Below, one piece after another: positions 37,098-47,934 of a DNA stretch of 64,000 nucleotides (positions within the stretch are counted from its first letter, which is position 1; every line of letters begins with the position of its first letter). Source of the stretch: Candidatus Latescibacterota bacterium (GTDB lineage: Bacteria; Latescibacterota; UBA2968; UBA8231); the NCBI GenBank assembly GCA_965215195.1, contig CBDCDC010000002.1, positions 1,152,001 to 1,216,000 of the forward strand. The letters run 5' to 3'. The notes below the pieces were generated by a model. That model worked only from the letters and a program-made list of their open reading frames with translations, did not search any database and was not told the origin of the DNA. The translations under genes were made by a program, and so were the position numbers.

Positions 37098-38612
37098 ATG
37101 CAAAACCACATCGTCAAGACCCATCCAGACGGTACTGTCCTCCCGCGCGAAGAGCAATTGGCTTGGAAACTGGCCCAGCTCGCCGCCCACAACCAAGCGT
37201 TCGACGCGGATGTCGCCGAGATGATCGGCAACCGCGTCATCGACAACGCCGCAGTCGCCCTCGCCGCGATCAACCGCCCGCCAGTGCGCAACGCCCGTCT
37301 CCTCGCCTTGGGCTACCCCCACCCCCGCAACAGCGGTGCCGGCCTCTTCGGCGTGGCCAACGACCGCAGCTTCCACTGCGAGTGGGCCGCCCTCGCCAAC
37401 GGGGTTGCCGTGCGCGAGCTCGACATGCACGACACCTACCTCGCGGCCGATTACTCGCATCCCGGCGACACCATCCCCGGCCTGCTCGCCGCCGCCCAGC
37501 AAGTGGGTGCTGACGGCCGCGCCCTGACTTTGGGCATACTCACGGCCTACGAGGTGCAAATGGCGCTGGTGACGGGCATTTGCTTGCACGAGCACAAGAT
37601 CGACCACGTCGCCCACCTCGCCCCGGCCGTGGCGGCCGGGCTGGGAACCTTGCTCCAGATGCCGGCCGCGCAAATCTACCAAGCCATCAACCAGAGCTTG
37701 CACCTAGCCTGCGCCACCCGCCAGTCGCGCAAAGGGGACATCACCTCGTGGAAGGCCTACGCGCCAGCCCAAGCCAACAAAATCGCCATCGAAGCTGTGG
37801 GCCGGGCGCGCCTCGGCGAGCGGGCCCCTTCGCCCATCTACGAGGGCCGCGACGCAGTCATCGCGTACATGCTGTCCGGGCCGGACGCCGAATACCGCGT
37901 TCCCCTGCCCGATCCCGGCGAAAGGATGCGCGCCATCCTCCGCTCCTACACCAAGGAGCACTCGGCCGAATACCAAGCTCAAGCCCTGATCGACCTCGGC
38001 TTCCGCCTACGCGCTCGCCATATAGATCTAGACCAAGTGGAAGACGTAGTAATCCGCACCAGCCACCACACGCACTACGTCATCGGCACCGGGGCCAACG
38101 ACCCGCAGAAAATGGATCCAGACGCCTCGCGCGAGACCCTCGACCACAGCGCCATGTACATCCTCGCCGGCGCTTGGGAGGACGGCGCTTGGCACCACGT
38201 GCGCTCATACACTTCAGAACGCGCCCACCGCCCTGCGACCGTTGCGCTGTGGCACAAGATCCGCACCGAAGAAGTCGCCGAGTGGACCCAAGCCTATCAC
38301 CATCCAGACCCGGACCACAAGAAGTTCGGTGCCGAAGTAGTGGTCCGCCTCGCCGACGGCACTCAGATCGCCGAGCGCCTCGACAACCCCAACGCCCACT
38401 ACCTCGGCGACCGGCCCTTTGCGCGGCCAGACTACATCGACAAGCTAGCCGTATTGACCGAGGGACTCGTAGCACCGGCCGAGGTTGAGCGTTTTCTAAG
38501 GCTAGTGGATCGGCTGCCGGATCTGACGCCCGAGGAAGTGGACCAGCTCAATCTCGCGGCAGCCGAGGGCATGTTGGAAGACGCCAAGAGCGAGCGCGTG
38601 GGCATTTTGTAG
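37098..38612 (+). CDS. prpD: 2-methylcitrate dehydratase (MmgE/PrpD family)
   Basis: [48 protein letters not shown]. Confidence 0.9.
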   Translation: MQNHIVKTHPDGTVLPREEQLAWKLAQLAAHNQAFDADVAEMIGNRVIDNAAVALAAINRPPVRNARLLALGYPHPRNSGAGLFGVANDRSFHCEWAALANGVAVRELDMHDTYLAADYSHPGDTIPGLLAAAQQVGADGRALTLGILTAYEVQMALVTGICLHEHKIDHVAHLAPAVAAGLGTLLQMPAAQIYQAINQSLHLACATRQSRKGDITSWKAYAPAQANKIAIEAVGRARLGERAPSPIYEGRDAVIAYMLSGPDAEYRVPLPDPGERMRAILRSYTKEHSAEYQAQALIDLGFRLRARHIDLDQVEDVVIRTSHHTHYVIGTGANDPQKMDPDASRETLDHSAMYILAGAWEDGAWHHVRSYTSERAHRPATVALWHKIRTEEVAEWTQAYHHPDPDHKKFGAEVVVRLADGTQIAERLDNPNAHYLGDRPFARPDYIDKLAVLTEGLVAPAEVERFLRLVDRLPDLTPEEVDQLNLAAAEGMLEDAKSERVGIL

Positions 38613-38616
38613 CCCA

Positions 38617-39912
38617 TCAAGCCCGGATCAGGTCTTCGCCTTCTGTGCGCGCCACCAGCGCCGTGACCACCAGATCGCTGGTTACATTGACGGCCGTGCG
38701 GCACATGTCGAGCAGGCGATCGACAGCCAAGACAATGGCGATGGCTTCCACTGGCAGGCCGACCGCCGGCAGGATCAGCGCAATCGCGACCAAGCTGGCA
38801 GCGGGGATGCCGGCCACGCCGATCGACGTGAGCAAGGCGAGCAATACGACGATCATCTGCTCGGCAATGCCAAAATCCACGCCAGACGCGAACGCGTACA
38901 CTTGGGCGATGAACACCACCACGACGCACTCGTAGAGTGCCGTGCCGTCCATGTTCACCGTCGCCCCCAACGGCAGGACAAAGCTGGTCACGCGGTTGGA
39001 GATGCCGGCCTGTTCGGCGCAGTTAATGGTCACCGGTAAAGTTGCCGAAGACGACGCAGTCGAAAACGCGGTTAATTGCGCCGGCGCGATCTTGGCGTAA
39101 TAGGCGTATGGGCTGATGCCGGCAACCAAGCGCAGCAGCAGCGGCAACCAGACGGCAAAATGCACGGCCAGCGCCAGCAATGCGGTCAGGAAGAACAGGC
39201 CCAACGCTTCAAGCGCGGCAAAACCGGAGACGAGCAAGGTCTTGCCCACCAGCGCAAACGCGCCGATGGGAGCAAACCGCATGATCCACATGGTGATCAG
39301 GATCATGACGTCGTGTAGGCCGACCCAGAACTGTTGTAGGGTGTCGCCGGCCGGCCCGTTCAGTCGCGACAGGAAATACCCGAACACGACCCCGGCGAAT
39401 ACCAGCGCCAGCAGTTGAACCTCTAGCGCTGCCGCGAAGATATTGGACGGTATCGCGCGCTTGAGGACCTCGACCAGATCGCGCAGGCCGCGCCCTTCTA
39501 CCTCGTCCATGACTTGCGACGGGTCTGGCAGCACGCTGCCCAAGGCCCGCGCCGATTCAGTCTCGCCGGGTGCTATGAGATTCACGCAAACGAGGCCGGT
39601 GAAAACCGACAGGAATCCGGTAGCCACGTAAAAGGCCACCGTCTTCCCACCGATGCGGCCAAAGGCGTTCTGGCTCGCCATGTTGCGGACCCCAACAATG
39701 ATCGACGACAGGATGAGCGGCACCACGATCATCTTCAGCGCATTGAGGAACAAGCTGCCGCAGAAATCGAGAATTTCCACCAGCGACGCGCCAAACAGCG
39801 TCGCATGCTCGTCGCCTAGCCAGCCTACGAATGCAGCGAGGGCGAGGGCAATGCCGATCTGCCAGTGCAATGGAATGCCGATAAACCGCGAAAGTGCGCT
39901 GCGCTGGCTCAT
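38617..39912 (-). CDS. Dicarboxylate/amino acid:cation symporter (DAACS, GltP-like)
   Basis: [36 protein letters not shown]. Confidence 0.92.
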   Translation of the reverse strand: MSQRSALSRFIGIPLHWQIGIALALAAFVGWLGDEHATLFGASLVEILDFCGSLFLNALKMIVVPLILSSIIVGVRNMASQNAFGRIGGKTVAFYVATGFLSVFTGLVCVNLIAPGETESARALGSVLPDPSQVMDEVEGRGLRDLVEVLKRAIPSNIFAAALEVQLLALVFAGVVFGYFLSRLNGPAGDTLQQFWVGLHDVMILITMWIMRFAPIGAFALVGKTLLVSGFAALEALGLFFLTALLALAVHFAVWLPLLLRLVAGISPYAYYAKIAPAQLTAFSTASSSATLPVTINCAEQAGISNRVTSFVLPLGATVNMDGTALYECVVVVFIAQVYAFASGVDFGIAEQMIVVLLALLTSIGVAGIPAASLVAIALILPAVGLPVEAIAIVLAVDRLLDMCRTAVNVTSDLVVTALVARTEGEDLIRA

Positions 39913-39948
39913 CCTTATTCTCCTCTGTCAATGTTGTTAATTTCTATT

Positions 39949-40282
39949 ATGGCTTGGGAAATCGTTTATTACAACGAGACCGTCCAACGTACCCTGAATG
40001 CTTGGCCCGTCGGCATCCGAGCCGTTTATGCCCGGATCACAGAGCGAATCTCGATTTTTGGGCCAAACTTGGGAATGCCTTTTACACGAGCATTGGGGAA
40101 TGGTTTATTCGAAAATTAGGGCAAAAGGCAGAGAAGGAATAGGACGTGCGTTTTTCTGTACAGTTGTGGGTCAAAAGGTAGTTGTACTCCATGTCTATAT
40201 CAAAAAGTCTGAGAAAACGCCTCTAAAAGAATTGGAGCTTGCACGCAAACGTCAGGAGGAGTTTAAGCATGAAAACGCATAG
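39949..40282 (+). pseudogene. RelE/HigB (Gp49-like) toxin with +1 frameshift
   Basis: GPNLGMPFTRALGNGLFE / IRAKGREGIGRAFFC..KKSEKTP; one extra A in TTCGAAAATTAGG (~40112-40115). Confidence 0.8.
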
Positions 40283-40559
40283 AGAATTGCTTGACGAATG
40301 GATGAAAGAGCCAGAATTCGTCGCTGAATACGACGCGCTTGCAGATGAATTCGCCCTCTTTGATGAAATGCTCAAAGCCAGAAAGAATGCGGGTTTAACC
40401 CAGGCCGATGTTGCCAAAAAGATGGGCACCCAAACGCCGGCAGTCGCACGCCTTGAAGCATCAGGGCGACATAAAAAGCACTCCCCTTCTCTTGCCACGC
40501 TGCAAAAATACGCAGAAGCTGTTGGCTGCCGCTTGGACATCCGACTGATACCGCGCTAG
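40269..40559 (+). CDS. HigA-like XRE HTH antitoxin
   Basis: ARKNAGLTQADVAKKMGT..AVARLE..PSLATLQKYA. Confidence 0.88.
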   Translation: MKTHRELLDEWMKEPEFVAEYDALADEFALFDEMLKARKNAGLTQADVAKKMGTQTPAVARLEASGRHKKHSPSLATLQKYAEAVGCRLDIRLIPR

Positions 40560-40590
40560 CCAAGACTCACTCCCTGCCGAGGACGCCACC

Positions 40591-41697
40591 ATGATCTACG
40601 ACGGACACGCCTATTGCTTCCCGCCGCCGGGGCGCAACGGGGGCTTTGCCGACCCCGCCGAGTTCTGGCAGCACCTGCAGCTATTCATGGCCCAAGCCCG
40701 GCAGCAGCCCTGCTGGCGGCGCACCGATCGCGCCCCGGCCGACGCCACCGGCCTCTACGACCCCGCTCGCCCCTGGCGCTTCGATGGCCTGCGAGACGCC
40801 GCCTTCCGCACCGCGGATCACGGCCTCGTCGAGTGGACGACGGAGAGAGAGGACTATGTGAAGCAGGCCCTGCCGCCGTGGACGTTAGACTTCGCCTTCC
40901 CCGCCGACAGCCTAGTGGCGGAGATGGACTACGCCGGCATCGATCGGGCGCTCCTACACCGCACCCCGTACATGGGTCTCGACGACAGCTACATCGCCGA
41001 CTGCTGCCAGCGCCACCCGGGGCGGATCCAGGGCCTAGCCTACGTGCCCGAATGGTGGTTCCCCAGCAGGACGGACGCCGCCATCGGCAAGCTACAACGG
41101 GCGATCTGCGACCACGGCCTAGCGGGCCTGCAGTTCGCGCCCTTTCACCGGGGCCTTTACGACCTCTCCCCCGAGTGGACCGGGCCCGACTTCGACCCTT
41201 TGTGGGCGACCGTGGCCGCGCTGGAGATCCCCGTATTTTTCACCCTTGGCGCAGTCGGATCGCCCGCCGCCTACCTCGACGAGTTGTGCGCACTGCGCGC
41301 TTGGATGGACCGCTTCCCGGACGTCGATGTGGTAATGACCCACGGCTTCCCTTGGCGGATGTTCGCCGACGGCGACCGGCTCCACGTGCCCGACGAGGTT
41401 TACGAGGCAGCGCCCATCGGCCACCCGCGCTTCCACATCCAGATCCTCTTCGCCGTGTTCCTCCAGTCGCGTTGGGACTACCCCATGCCACAGATGCGGC
41501 CCGTCCTAGAAAAAAGGGTCGAACGCATCGGTGCCGATCGCATCCTCTGGGGGACGGACATCCCCATCGTGCTGCTGCACTGGACCTACCGCCAGAGCCT
41601 CGACTACGTGCGGCGCTACTGCCCGTTCCTCGGCGAATCCGCAATGGCGGCGATCCTCGGCGGCAACATGGAACGGCTCTTGGATCCGGGGCGGTAG
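40591..41697 (+). CDS. Amidohydrolase_2 family protein
   Basis: IYDGHAY, VMTHG, ILWGTDIP, ILGGN. Confidence 0.8.
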   Translation: MIYDGHAYCFPPPGRNGGFADPAEFWQHLQLFMAQARQQPCWRRTDRAPADATGLYDPARPWRFDGLRDAAFRTADHGLVEWTTEREDYVKQALPPWTLDFAFPADSLVAEMDYAGIDRALLHRTPYMGLDDSYIADCCQRHPGRIQGLAYVPEWWFPSRTDAAIGKLQRAICDHGLAGLQFAPFHRGLYDLSPEWTGPDFDPLWATVAALEIPVFFTLGAVGSPAAYLDELCALRAWMDRFPDVDVVMTHGFPWRMFADGDRLHVPDEVYEAAPIGHPRFHIQILFAVFLQSRWDYPMPQMRPVLEKRVERIGADRILWGTDIPIVLLHWTYRQSLDYVRRYCPFLGESAMAAILGGNMERLLDPGR

Positions 41698-41717
41698 CCT
41701 ACCCCAGCTAGTCGCTG

Positions 41718-42173
41718 ATGAGATGCCAACGCCGAGGCCGCAAGCTGTACTTCGTCGATGGGGCGGTTCGCAATGCCGCCCTGCAACGCGGCCTCGCCCC
41801 GCTCGACGATCCCGGGGAGATGGGCACTCTCAGCGAAAACCTCGTAGCGGCGTCGCTCCACACCTTGAGCGTTCACGCCGGCCTTCGGCTCCACCACTGG
41901 CGCGACGGCACCCGCGAGGTGGACCTAATTTTGGGGGATCCGCGCCAACCGCTGGCCTTTGAGATCGGCACTTCGATCCATCATTCTCGTGCGGGTCTCT
42001 TCGCCTTGATGGAAAGGCACGAGCACTTCCGCGGACACAGCTATCTCGTCTCACCACAAGCTGTGGTCCGCCACCCCGATGCCACCGGAATGGGGACCCT
42101 CCCGCTCGACACCTTCCTGCTCGCCATTGGCGCTCAAGCGCACCAAGCCCTCGCCGACCGACTGCGGGGCTGA
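41718..42173 (+). pseudogene. C-terminal DUF4143 fragment of an AAA ATPase
   Basis: RKLYFVDGAVRNA..ENLVA..HWRD..EVDL..FEIG; no ATPase domain upstream. Confidence 0.7.
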
Positions 42174-42207
42174 GAAGCCAGAGCAATACCCGATGAGTAC
42201 TCCAAGA

Positions 42208-43428
42208 CTAGCACTCCAACACCGACCCCTCCTCTGCCACCCGCCCGAACATGTGCGCGAATTCCTCGGATCCATCGTCGTGCCACACCGCAAAGGACAA
42301 GCCGCGGATGGTTCCCTCGGCAAAGCCGGTCAACGCATCTATGGGCGGAATGCTAGCCGTGTAGAGGACGTGCCCGTCCGGCAGGCGCAGCTTGCCCAAG
42401 TGCCGGGGAATTTCCGCCGGCCCGCGCTGGGCCAAGCGTGCAATGACTGCTTCGTCCACCTCCACGCCGAGGCCCGGCCCCTCGGGCACGGGCGAACAGC
42501 CTTCGACGATCTCAATGCGCTGACGAGCCGCGTCCTCCTCGTACTGGTCGTCGAGATTGATCGAGTGGGCGGCCGTGGGCAGCACGGCCGCCAAGTGCAG
42601 GGCCAACGCCTTGGCCAAGGTGCCCCCGGTTAGCTGCACCACCACCTGCACATTGGCCTTGCCATAGGCTAGGCCGCGCACCAACGCATCGCCAAACCCG
42701 CCGCAGTACTCGGCCACGATGTACGCATCGGCCATCCCCTGCACGACCTCCTGCAACCCGCCCAGCGGCGGCACGTGCATGACCAGCGGCACGCCGCATT
42801 GGGCGCGGAGCCGCCGCCAGCCTTCTACATCGCTCAGCACCAAGGGATCCTCAATATAGCCCACTACGGGCGATTTTTCGAGCTGTTTGACGAGGGGCAA
42901 CACCGTGGCCAAGGTGCGGTTGGAATTGAAGTCGTACTGCATCTTGAAGCCCGCTGGTGCCACATCTTCTACCGCGCGGTTCTGCTCGAACACGTCGTAG
43001 TGCTGACACGTGTGCATCTTGAACAGCCGGTAGCCTTGATCGGCCGCGCGGACGATTTCGCGGCTCAGCTCCTCGGGGTCGGCCGGCCGAGTCCAAGCGG
43101 CCACCGGCACGCGGTCGCGCACTTTGGGACCCATCAGCTTGTAGGCCGGCACTTCGAGGTACTGGCCCATCACATCGTACAAGGCCCCGGCCAAGCCGAG
43201 GTGGACATCGCTACCCAAAAAGTCGAAGGGGCTGCGCCCGATGAGCCCCTCCACGCTCTGGGCGGGCGGCGGCGTACAGCGGTACTCGCCCCAGCCGACC
43301 AAGCCGTTGTCGGTTTGCACCTTGAAGAAGGTGCGCTGGTCAATGGAGCGGAAGCGCACGGCGTACTCGGCGTTGCGGGCGGCGAGCGGCACGTGCGCCG
43401 GAATGATGCCGATATCGGTGATTTTCAC
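42208..43428 (-). CDS. Mandelate racemase/muconate lactonizing (enolase superfamily) enzyme
   Basis: TDNGLVGWGE, ALYDVMG, DFN, IEDP, PEGPGLGVE. Confidence 0.85.
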   Translation of the reverse strand: MKITDIGIIPAHVPLAARNAEYAVRFRSIDQRTFFKVQTDNGLVGWGEYRCTPPPAQSVEGLIGRSPFDFLGSDVHLGLAGALYDVMGQYLEVPAYKLMGPKVRDRVPVAAWTRPADPEELSREIVRAADQGYRLFKMHTCQHYDVFEQNRAVEDVAPAGFKMQYDFNSNRTLATVLPLVKQLEKSPVVGYIEDPLVLSDVEGWRRLRAQCGVPLVMHVPPLGGLQEVVQGMADAYIVAEYCGGFGDALVRGLAYGKANVQVVVQLTGGTLAKALALHLAAVLPTAAHSINLDDQYEEDAARQRIEIVEGCSPVPEGPGLGVEVDEAVIARLAQRGPAEIPRHLGKLRLPDGHVLYTASIPPIDALTGFAEGTIRGLSFAVWHDDGSEEFAHMFGRVAEEGSVLEC

Positions 43429-43546
43429 GGTCTTTCTCCTCGGTGCGTGAGCGAGATTGCGTTATCAGTGCCCACGGGCGGGCACTTGACGCGCCGCAAC
43501 CCGTCGTCGAAAAGCTGGAAATCGCCGCGGTGTGCGAGGCTGTGAA

Positions 43547-44347
43547 CTAGGCCTTTTGCAGGGCGCGCCAGCGGTCGTAATAAAGCTGGCCTTTTGGCGG
43601 CAGAGCAGCGCGCACGTTGGCGGCCAGCTTCCAGCGAAAGCGCTCATCTACTTGAGTCTGCGGCTCGTCCGGCCGGTAGATCATCAGCGCACCCGTCATG
43701 CTCAGCCGCTGGGGCAGATGCGCTGGTTGGCGGCCGCGGTGAATCGTATAACCGCTCCAGAACAGCACTTGCCCCCTCTTCAAAAAGATGTTCTTCTGGC
43801 CGGTGAGATCGACCTTCTTATCCACGGCTAAGGCGTGGTGTTCCTCGGGTGTGCGCGGACGCCGATGGCTGCCGGGCACCAGCCACAGGCAGGGATCATC
43901 AACGAGCGCCAATTGCCACCGCAAACCCGTCATCGGCTGGGTGATAAGGGCCATTTCCCGCTCTGCGTCGCCATCCTGATTGCCCGCCCCAATGTCGCGG
44001 TGCCAGCCCGTGTCGTAGCCCTTGTCGGCGCACCACAGATGCACGTGCCCCATGCGCAAATCCGGTCCCAAAAAAGCCTTGACATAGCACTCAATTGCCG
44101 GGGACACCAAATGCTCGGCAAAGACCGGCTCCTCAAACTCTGGGGCAATAACGCCGAAAATGGCCGTGGCCTCCGGGCCGTTGCCGGCCACATCCACTTC
44201 GCCGGCGCGCACCTTGGCCCACACCCGTCGGGCCGCGGCCTCCAACCGATCGACCATCTCGGGTTCTACTGCATCTTCGACTAGGGAATAACCCTGCGCG
44301 AAAAACTCCTCTTGCACTTTTTCTAGGTCGTGCGTCCGCTCGGGCAT
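43547..44347 (-). CDS. Phytanoyl-CoA dioxygenase (PhyH) family
   Basis: WHRD, LVPGSH, IHRG. Confidence 0.85.
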   Translation of the reverse strand: MPERTHDLEKVQEEFFAQGYSLVEDAVEPEMVDRLEAAARRVWAKVRAGEVDVAGNGPEATAIFGVIAPEFEEPVFAEHLVSPAIECYVKAFLGPDLRMGHVHLWCADKGYDTGWHRDIGAGNQDGDAEREMALITQPMTGLRWQLALVDDPCLWLVPGSHRRPRTPEEHHALAVDKKVDLTGQKNIFLKRGQVLFWSGYTIHRGRQPAHLPQRLSMTGALMIYRPDEPQTQVDERFRWKLAANVRAALPPKGQLYYDRWRALQKA

Positions 44348-44454
44348 GTTTTCCTCCGTGCAAAGAGCACCTGTTGATTAGTTCGGAAGTCAGGAGATCG
44401 CCGCGTCGGTTGCGTACATACGAACACAGGGCTCGACGGGTTCATCCGCCCGAC

Positions 44455-45258
44455 TCAGTCGGCTTCTGCGGGTTCAATGACCTCAATGCCCGCCTCGCGC
44501 AGGGCTTGCGCCCGATAGCTATAGATATCCGCCGTGGCGAGCAGGACCCGCGCCGGGGCCACCCCGGTGGCCTCGGTGTACAGCCGACGCTTGCGCTCCA
44601 GCCGCTCTTGGATTGAGGCCCCCACGCTGGCGGCGATTTCGACGAGGATGTGCTGATCGGGCGCGACAATGACCACGTCGAATTGTTCGCCCTCGATGAC
44701 GCGCTCTTCGACCGCGGCCCCAAAGGATTCCTCCAACAGGGCGGCCATGGTGCGCCGAAACACGCTCTCGTTGCGGATGCCCCAGCGCCCCCCCAGCCGG
44801 TCGAGGGCTTGAAAGACTTCATCAAAGCGCTGGTTCACTTCCTCGCGAAACGCATCTATACGCGCATCCACTTGCTCAAAGCGCTGGTTCACTTCCTCGC
44901 GAAACTGCTCAAAACGGCGGTCTGCTTGCTCAAAGCGTTGATCCACTTGCTCAAAGCGTTGATCCACTTGCTCAAAGCGTTGATCCACTTGCTCAAAGCG
45001 TTGATCCACTTGCTCGCGAAACTGCTCAAAACGGCGGTCTGCTTGCTCAAAGCGCTGATCCACTTGCTCAAAACGTTGATCCATCTCAGTCCGCAACGCC
45101 CGCAACTCCGTCAGCACCACGGCCACCTCTTCGCGGCGGGCAAACGCGCCCAAGAACCCTTGGTAAATCAGCGGCTCAAGGTCCGGGCGGCGGTCCAACA
45201 GGTCGGGGAGTTGCCGGTTGAACAGGTCGATCAGTTCTTCATCACTAAAGGTTTTCAT
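44455..45258 (-). CDS. Coiled-coil heptad-repeat protein with C-terminal PD-(D/E)XK-like domain (DUF3782-like)
   Basis: QRFEQVD repeats, LGGRWGI, FDVV..LVEI. Confidence 0.75.
   Translation of the reverse strand: MKTFSDEELIDLFNRQLPDLLDRRPDLEPLIYQGFLGAFARREEVAVVLTELRALRTEMDQRFEQVDQRFEQADRRFEQFREQVDQRFEQVDQRFEQVDQRFEQVDQRFEQADRRFEQFREEVNQRFEQVDARIDAFREEVNQRFDEVFQALDRLGGRWGIRNESVFRRTMAALLEESFGAAVEERVIEGEQFDVVIVAPDQHILVEIAASVGASIQERLERKRRLYTEATGVAPARVLLATADIYSYRAQALREAGIEVIEPAEAD
44820..45085. repeat. 21-bp intragenic tandem repeat (ATCCACTTGCTCAAAGCGTTG)
   Basis: Identical consecutive units around 44941-45003 plus degenerate copies. Confidence 0.9.
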
Positions 45259-45306
45259 CGCTCTTGCACCTTTCCTTTATACTCGAAGCCCTAAATTAAT
45301 AACGCA

Positions 45307-46377
45307 TAGGACTTACGCAGTTGGATAGTTTAGGATAAGATAAAGGCTATTCCCCCTCCACCGCGAGCCCGTCCGATGAACCCAGCCAAGTGTGCCGACC
45401 ACGACTACATCCACTTCCTGATCGCCGCTCAGAGTGTCTTCAGTTGTACCGAGGCCGCCCGCTGTCATCCGGAGGATGGCCCTCCTGTGTCCCATGACGC
45501 TTTCACGCGCCTGCTGACAAGACAGCCTCCCGATACCGAGGCGTTGTGGCAAGAGACCCAAGGGCTGGTTCGCCTCCAAGGCGGCGTGTTAGTGCTGGAC
45601 GATTCCACCTTGGACAAGCCCTATGCCAAGCGGATCGAACTGGTGACGCGCCATTGGAGTGGCACCCATCACCGGGTAGTCTGGGGCATCAACCTTATAA
45701 GTATGGTCTGGTCGGACGGCCATGCTTGCATTCCCTGCGACTTCCGCGTCTATGACAAGCCTATCGGGGGCCACAATAAGAACGAGCACTTCCGGGCGAT
45801 GCTGGCCAGCGCCCAAGCGCGCGGCTTTCAGCCGGCGTGCGTGGTGTTCGATAGCTGGTATGCGTCCCTGGACAACCTCAAGCGGATTCGCTCCTACGAG
45901 TGGGCTTGGCTGACGCGCCTCAAGGCCAACCGACAGGTCAACCCGGAGGGGAGCGGCAACGTGGCGATCCGCTCGGTGGCTATCGGACCGGAGGGCCGGC
46001 GGGTACATCTCAAAGGCTATGGGTTCATCAAGGTATTTCGGACGGTCTCGGCAAACGGAGACGCGCACTACTGGGCAACCAACGACCTAGAGATGGCAGT
46101 CAGCCGGTTTGAGGCATGGTCCAAGCGGGCGTGGTCCATTGAGACGTATCACCGAGGCCTCAAGCAGTGCTGCGGCGTTGAGCAGGCGCAGGTTCGGTCG
46201 GCCCGGGCGCAGAGAAATCATATCGCGTTGTCGATCCGCGCCTTCGTGCGGTTGGAGGTGCATAGACTCCAAACCGGCGTTAGTTGGTATGAAGCCAAAA
46301 GGGACATCATCCGACAGGCCGTCCAGCGGTATCTGCAACGACCATTGCACAGGCTCAGTTCAACTGCGTAAGTCCTA
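45307..46377 (+). mobile_element. IS701-family insertion sequence
   Basis: Perfect 17-bp terminal IRs TAGGACTTACGCAGTTG (45307-45323) and CAACTGCGTAAGTCCTA (46361-46377) around a DDE transposase. Confidence 0.9.
45376..46371 (+). CDS. IS701-family DDE transposase
   Basis: SHDAFTR, LDDSTLDKP, VFDSWY, WSIETYHRGLKQ. Confidence 0.92.
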   Translation: MNPAKCADHDYIHFLIAAQSVFSCTEAARCHPEDGPPVSHDAFTRLLTRQPPDTEALWQETQGLVRLQGGVLVLDDSTLDKPYAKRIELVTRHWSGTHHRVVWGINLISMVWSDGHACIPCDFRVYDKPIGGHNKNEHFRAMLASAQARGFQPACVVFDSWYASLDNLKRIRSYEWAWLTRLKANRQVNPEGSGNVAIRSVAIGPEGRRVHLKGYGFIKVFRTVSANGDAHYWATNDLEMAVSRFEAWSKRAWSIETYHRGLKQCCGVEQAQVRSARAQRNHIALSIRAFVRLEVHRLQTGVSWYEAKRDIIRQAVQRYLQRPLHRLSSTA

Positions 46378-46394
46378 ACGCCTTCGCATTCAAC

Positions 46395-46472
46395 GGCGTC
46401 CTACCATCGAGCACGAACGCACCCACAGGAGGGGTCGTGTACTGAGCTCGAAGCCAGTTAAGTAGGGCGTCC
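46395..46472 (+). promoter_or_regulatory. Candidate cis-regulatory RNA upstream of crcB
   Basis: Closing stem GGCGTCCTAC/GTAGGGCGTC with internal CAGGAGGG. Confidence 0.4.
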
Positions 46473-46553
46473 GCAAGCTCCGTATGTTTGAGAGTCGCAA
46501 GGTTGCAACACATTGTCAATCACCCGATGGCAAAGGAGGGGGTTTCAGCAATT

Positions 46554-46919
46554 ATGGATCGCATTTTATGGGTGGGCTGCGGCGGCTTTATTGGGGCCGT
46601 GCTGCGCTACTTAGTCTCCGTGGGGACCCTGCGCCTGTTGGGCACCCCGCTCTACGGCACCCTCGTGGTCAACGTGGTCGGCTGCCTGCTCATAGGCTTT
46701 TTGGGCGGCTTGGCCGAAGAGCGTCAATACCTAGGCCCCCAAGTCCGCCTATTCCTCTTCGTCGGCGTCCTCAGCGGCTTCACCACTTTTTCTTCCGTAG
46801 CCTACGAGACCGCGCAGATACTGCGTACGGGTCAGGTGCCGGCCGCCTTAGTCCACATTGGGCTGCAACTGCTGCTGGGGATTCCCGCCGTCTTCGTCGG
46901 GTATTGGGCGGCCCGCTAG
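46554..46919 (+). CDS. crcB: Fluoride efflux channel Fluc/CrcB
   Basis: GGFIGAVLRY, GTLVVN, GFTTFS. Confidence 0.92.
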   Translation: MDRILWVGCGGFIGAVLRYLVSVGTLRLLGTPLYGTLVVNVVGCLLIGFLGGLAEERQYLGPQVRLFLFVGVLSGFTTFSSVAYETAQILRTGQVPAALVHIGLQLLLGIPAVFVGYWAAR

Positions 46920-47704
46920 CCGGCTAGCCCGTGCAAGTGCGCCAAGCACGCGGGCGCGGCTTCGCGCAAACTGGCTTGGCGATAGACCTTGACCGAGGCA
47001 AAACCCGCGTAGCCAATGGCGTCCAAGGCCGCGAGCACGGCCTCGAAGTCGAGGTGGCCGCTGCCCAGTACGCCGCCATTGCTCTCGCACAAGTGGACGT
47101 GCCGCAGCGCATTGCCGCAGTCGAAAATGGGCTGGGTCAACGACTTTTCTTCAATGTTCATGTGGATCGTATCGACCATCGGCCCAAAAGCCGGTACGCC
47201 AATGCGCTCAATCAGGGTGCGCACCTCGCCGACGGAATTGTTAAACCCCACTTGCAAATGATTGATCGGCTCAACGACCAAGTCCACGCCGGCGTCTTGG
47301 GCGGCCAAGGCCACTTCGCGCAGGCCAGCCGCAATGCGCTCGTTGGCCACCTCAGCGTCGGGCTCGTCCTCGCGCAGGCCCTGCAAAAGCCCAACGACGA
47401 GGATGGCGTTGAAACGCTGGGCAATAGGCAGGTACTCCCGCAGCCTAGCCACGGCACCGGCGCGCCGGCGCGGGTCGGCCGCGCTCAAGCACAGCCCCTC
47501 GGCATAGGCGGCCCCGGTCAACAGCGACGGCACCACCAAGCCGCACGCCTCCACCGAGCGTTCGATCGCGTCTAATTGACCGAGCACCGCCGGCGTCAGG
47601 TTCAACTCAACGCCTTCGTACCCGCAGGCCCGAATGAAGTCCAACCCGGCCGCGAAATCGCCCCCGAGATCCGCAAAGTCGATTACCATATAGCTGTAGC
47701 GCAT
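46916..47704 (-). CDS. Sugar phosphate isomerase/epimerase (TIM barrel)
   Basis: GYEGVE, VEPIN, DTIHMNIEE, HVHL..SN...GSGHLDF. Confidence 0.88.
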   Translation of the reverse strand: MRYSYMVIDFADLGGDFAAGLDFIRACGYEGVELNLTPAVLGQLDAIERSVEACGLVVPSLLTGAAYAEGLCLSAADPRRRAGAVARLREYLPIAQRFNAILVVGLLQGLREDEPDAEVANERIAAGLREVALAAQDAGVDLVVEPINHLQVGFNNSVGEVRTLIERIGVPAFGPMVDTIHMNIEEKSLTQPIFDCGNALRHVHLCESNGGVLGSGHLDFEAVLAALDAIGYAGFASVKVYRQASLREAAPACLAHLHGLAG

Positions 47705-47934
47705 CGCCATCTCCAAGTAGGGTCGCCCGTTGTGTAGACCGACAGGGCCTGTCCCTATGGGTCAATGGCATTTGTGAGATAACCTCTAGCAAGTGGCGGC
47801 CAGCCGCCGCTGTGTCTAAGTTATTCCATTCCCTAGATACGCGACACCTAATCAGCCTATCCGCTATGGTTGCCCTTATAGCGGTAACGGAAATTTTAAG
47901 CTCCATTCCATTTCGTCCCAACAGCGGAGCGCGT

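Noticed and set aside
44820-45085. Possible CRISPR array
   Set aside because: Repeats are contiguous 21-bp units with no unique spacers and encode in-frame heptads.
46378-46410. Canonical fluoride riboswitch
   Set aside because: Only a 3'-like CCTAC is present; the conserved 5' GGCGATG segment was not found on either side of the IS.
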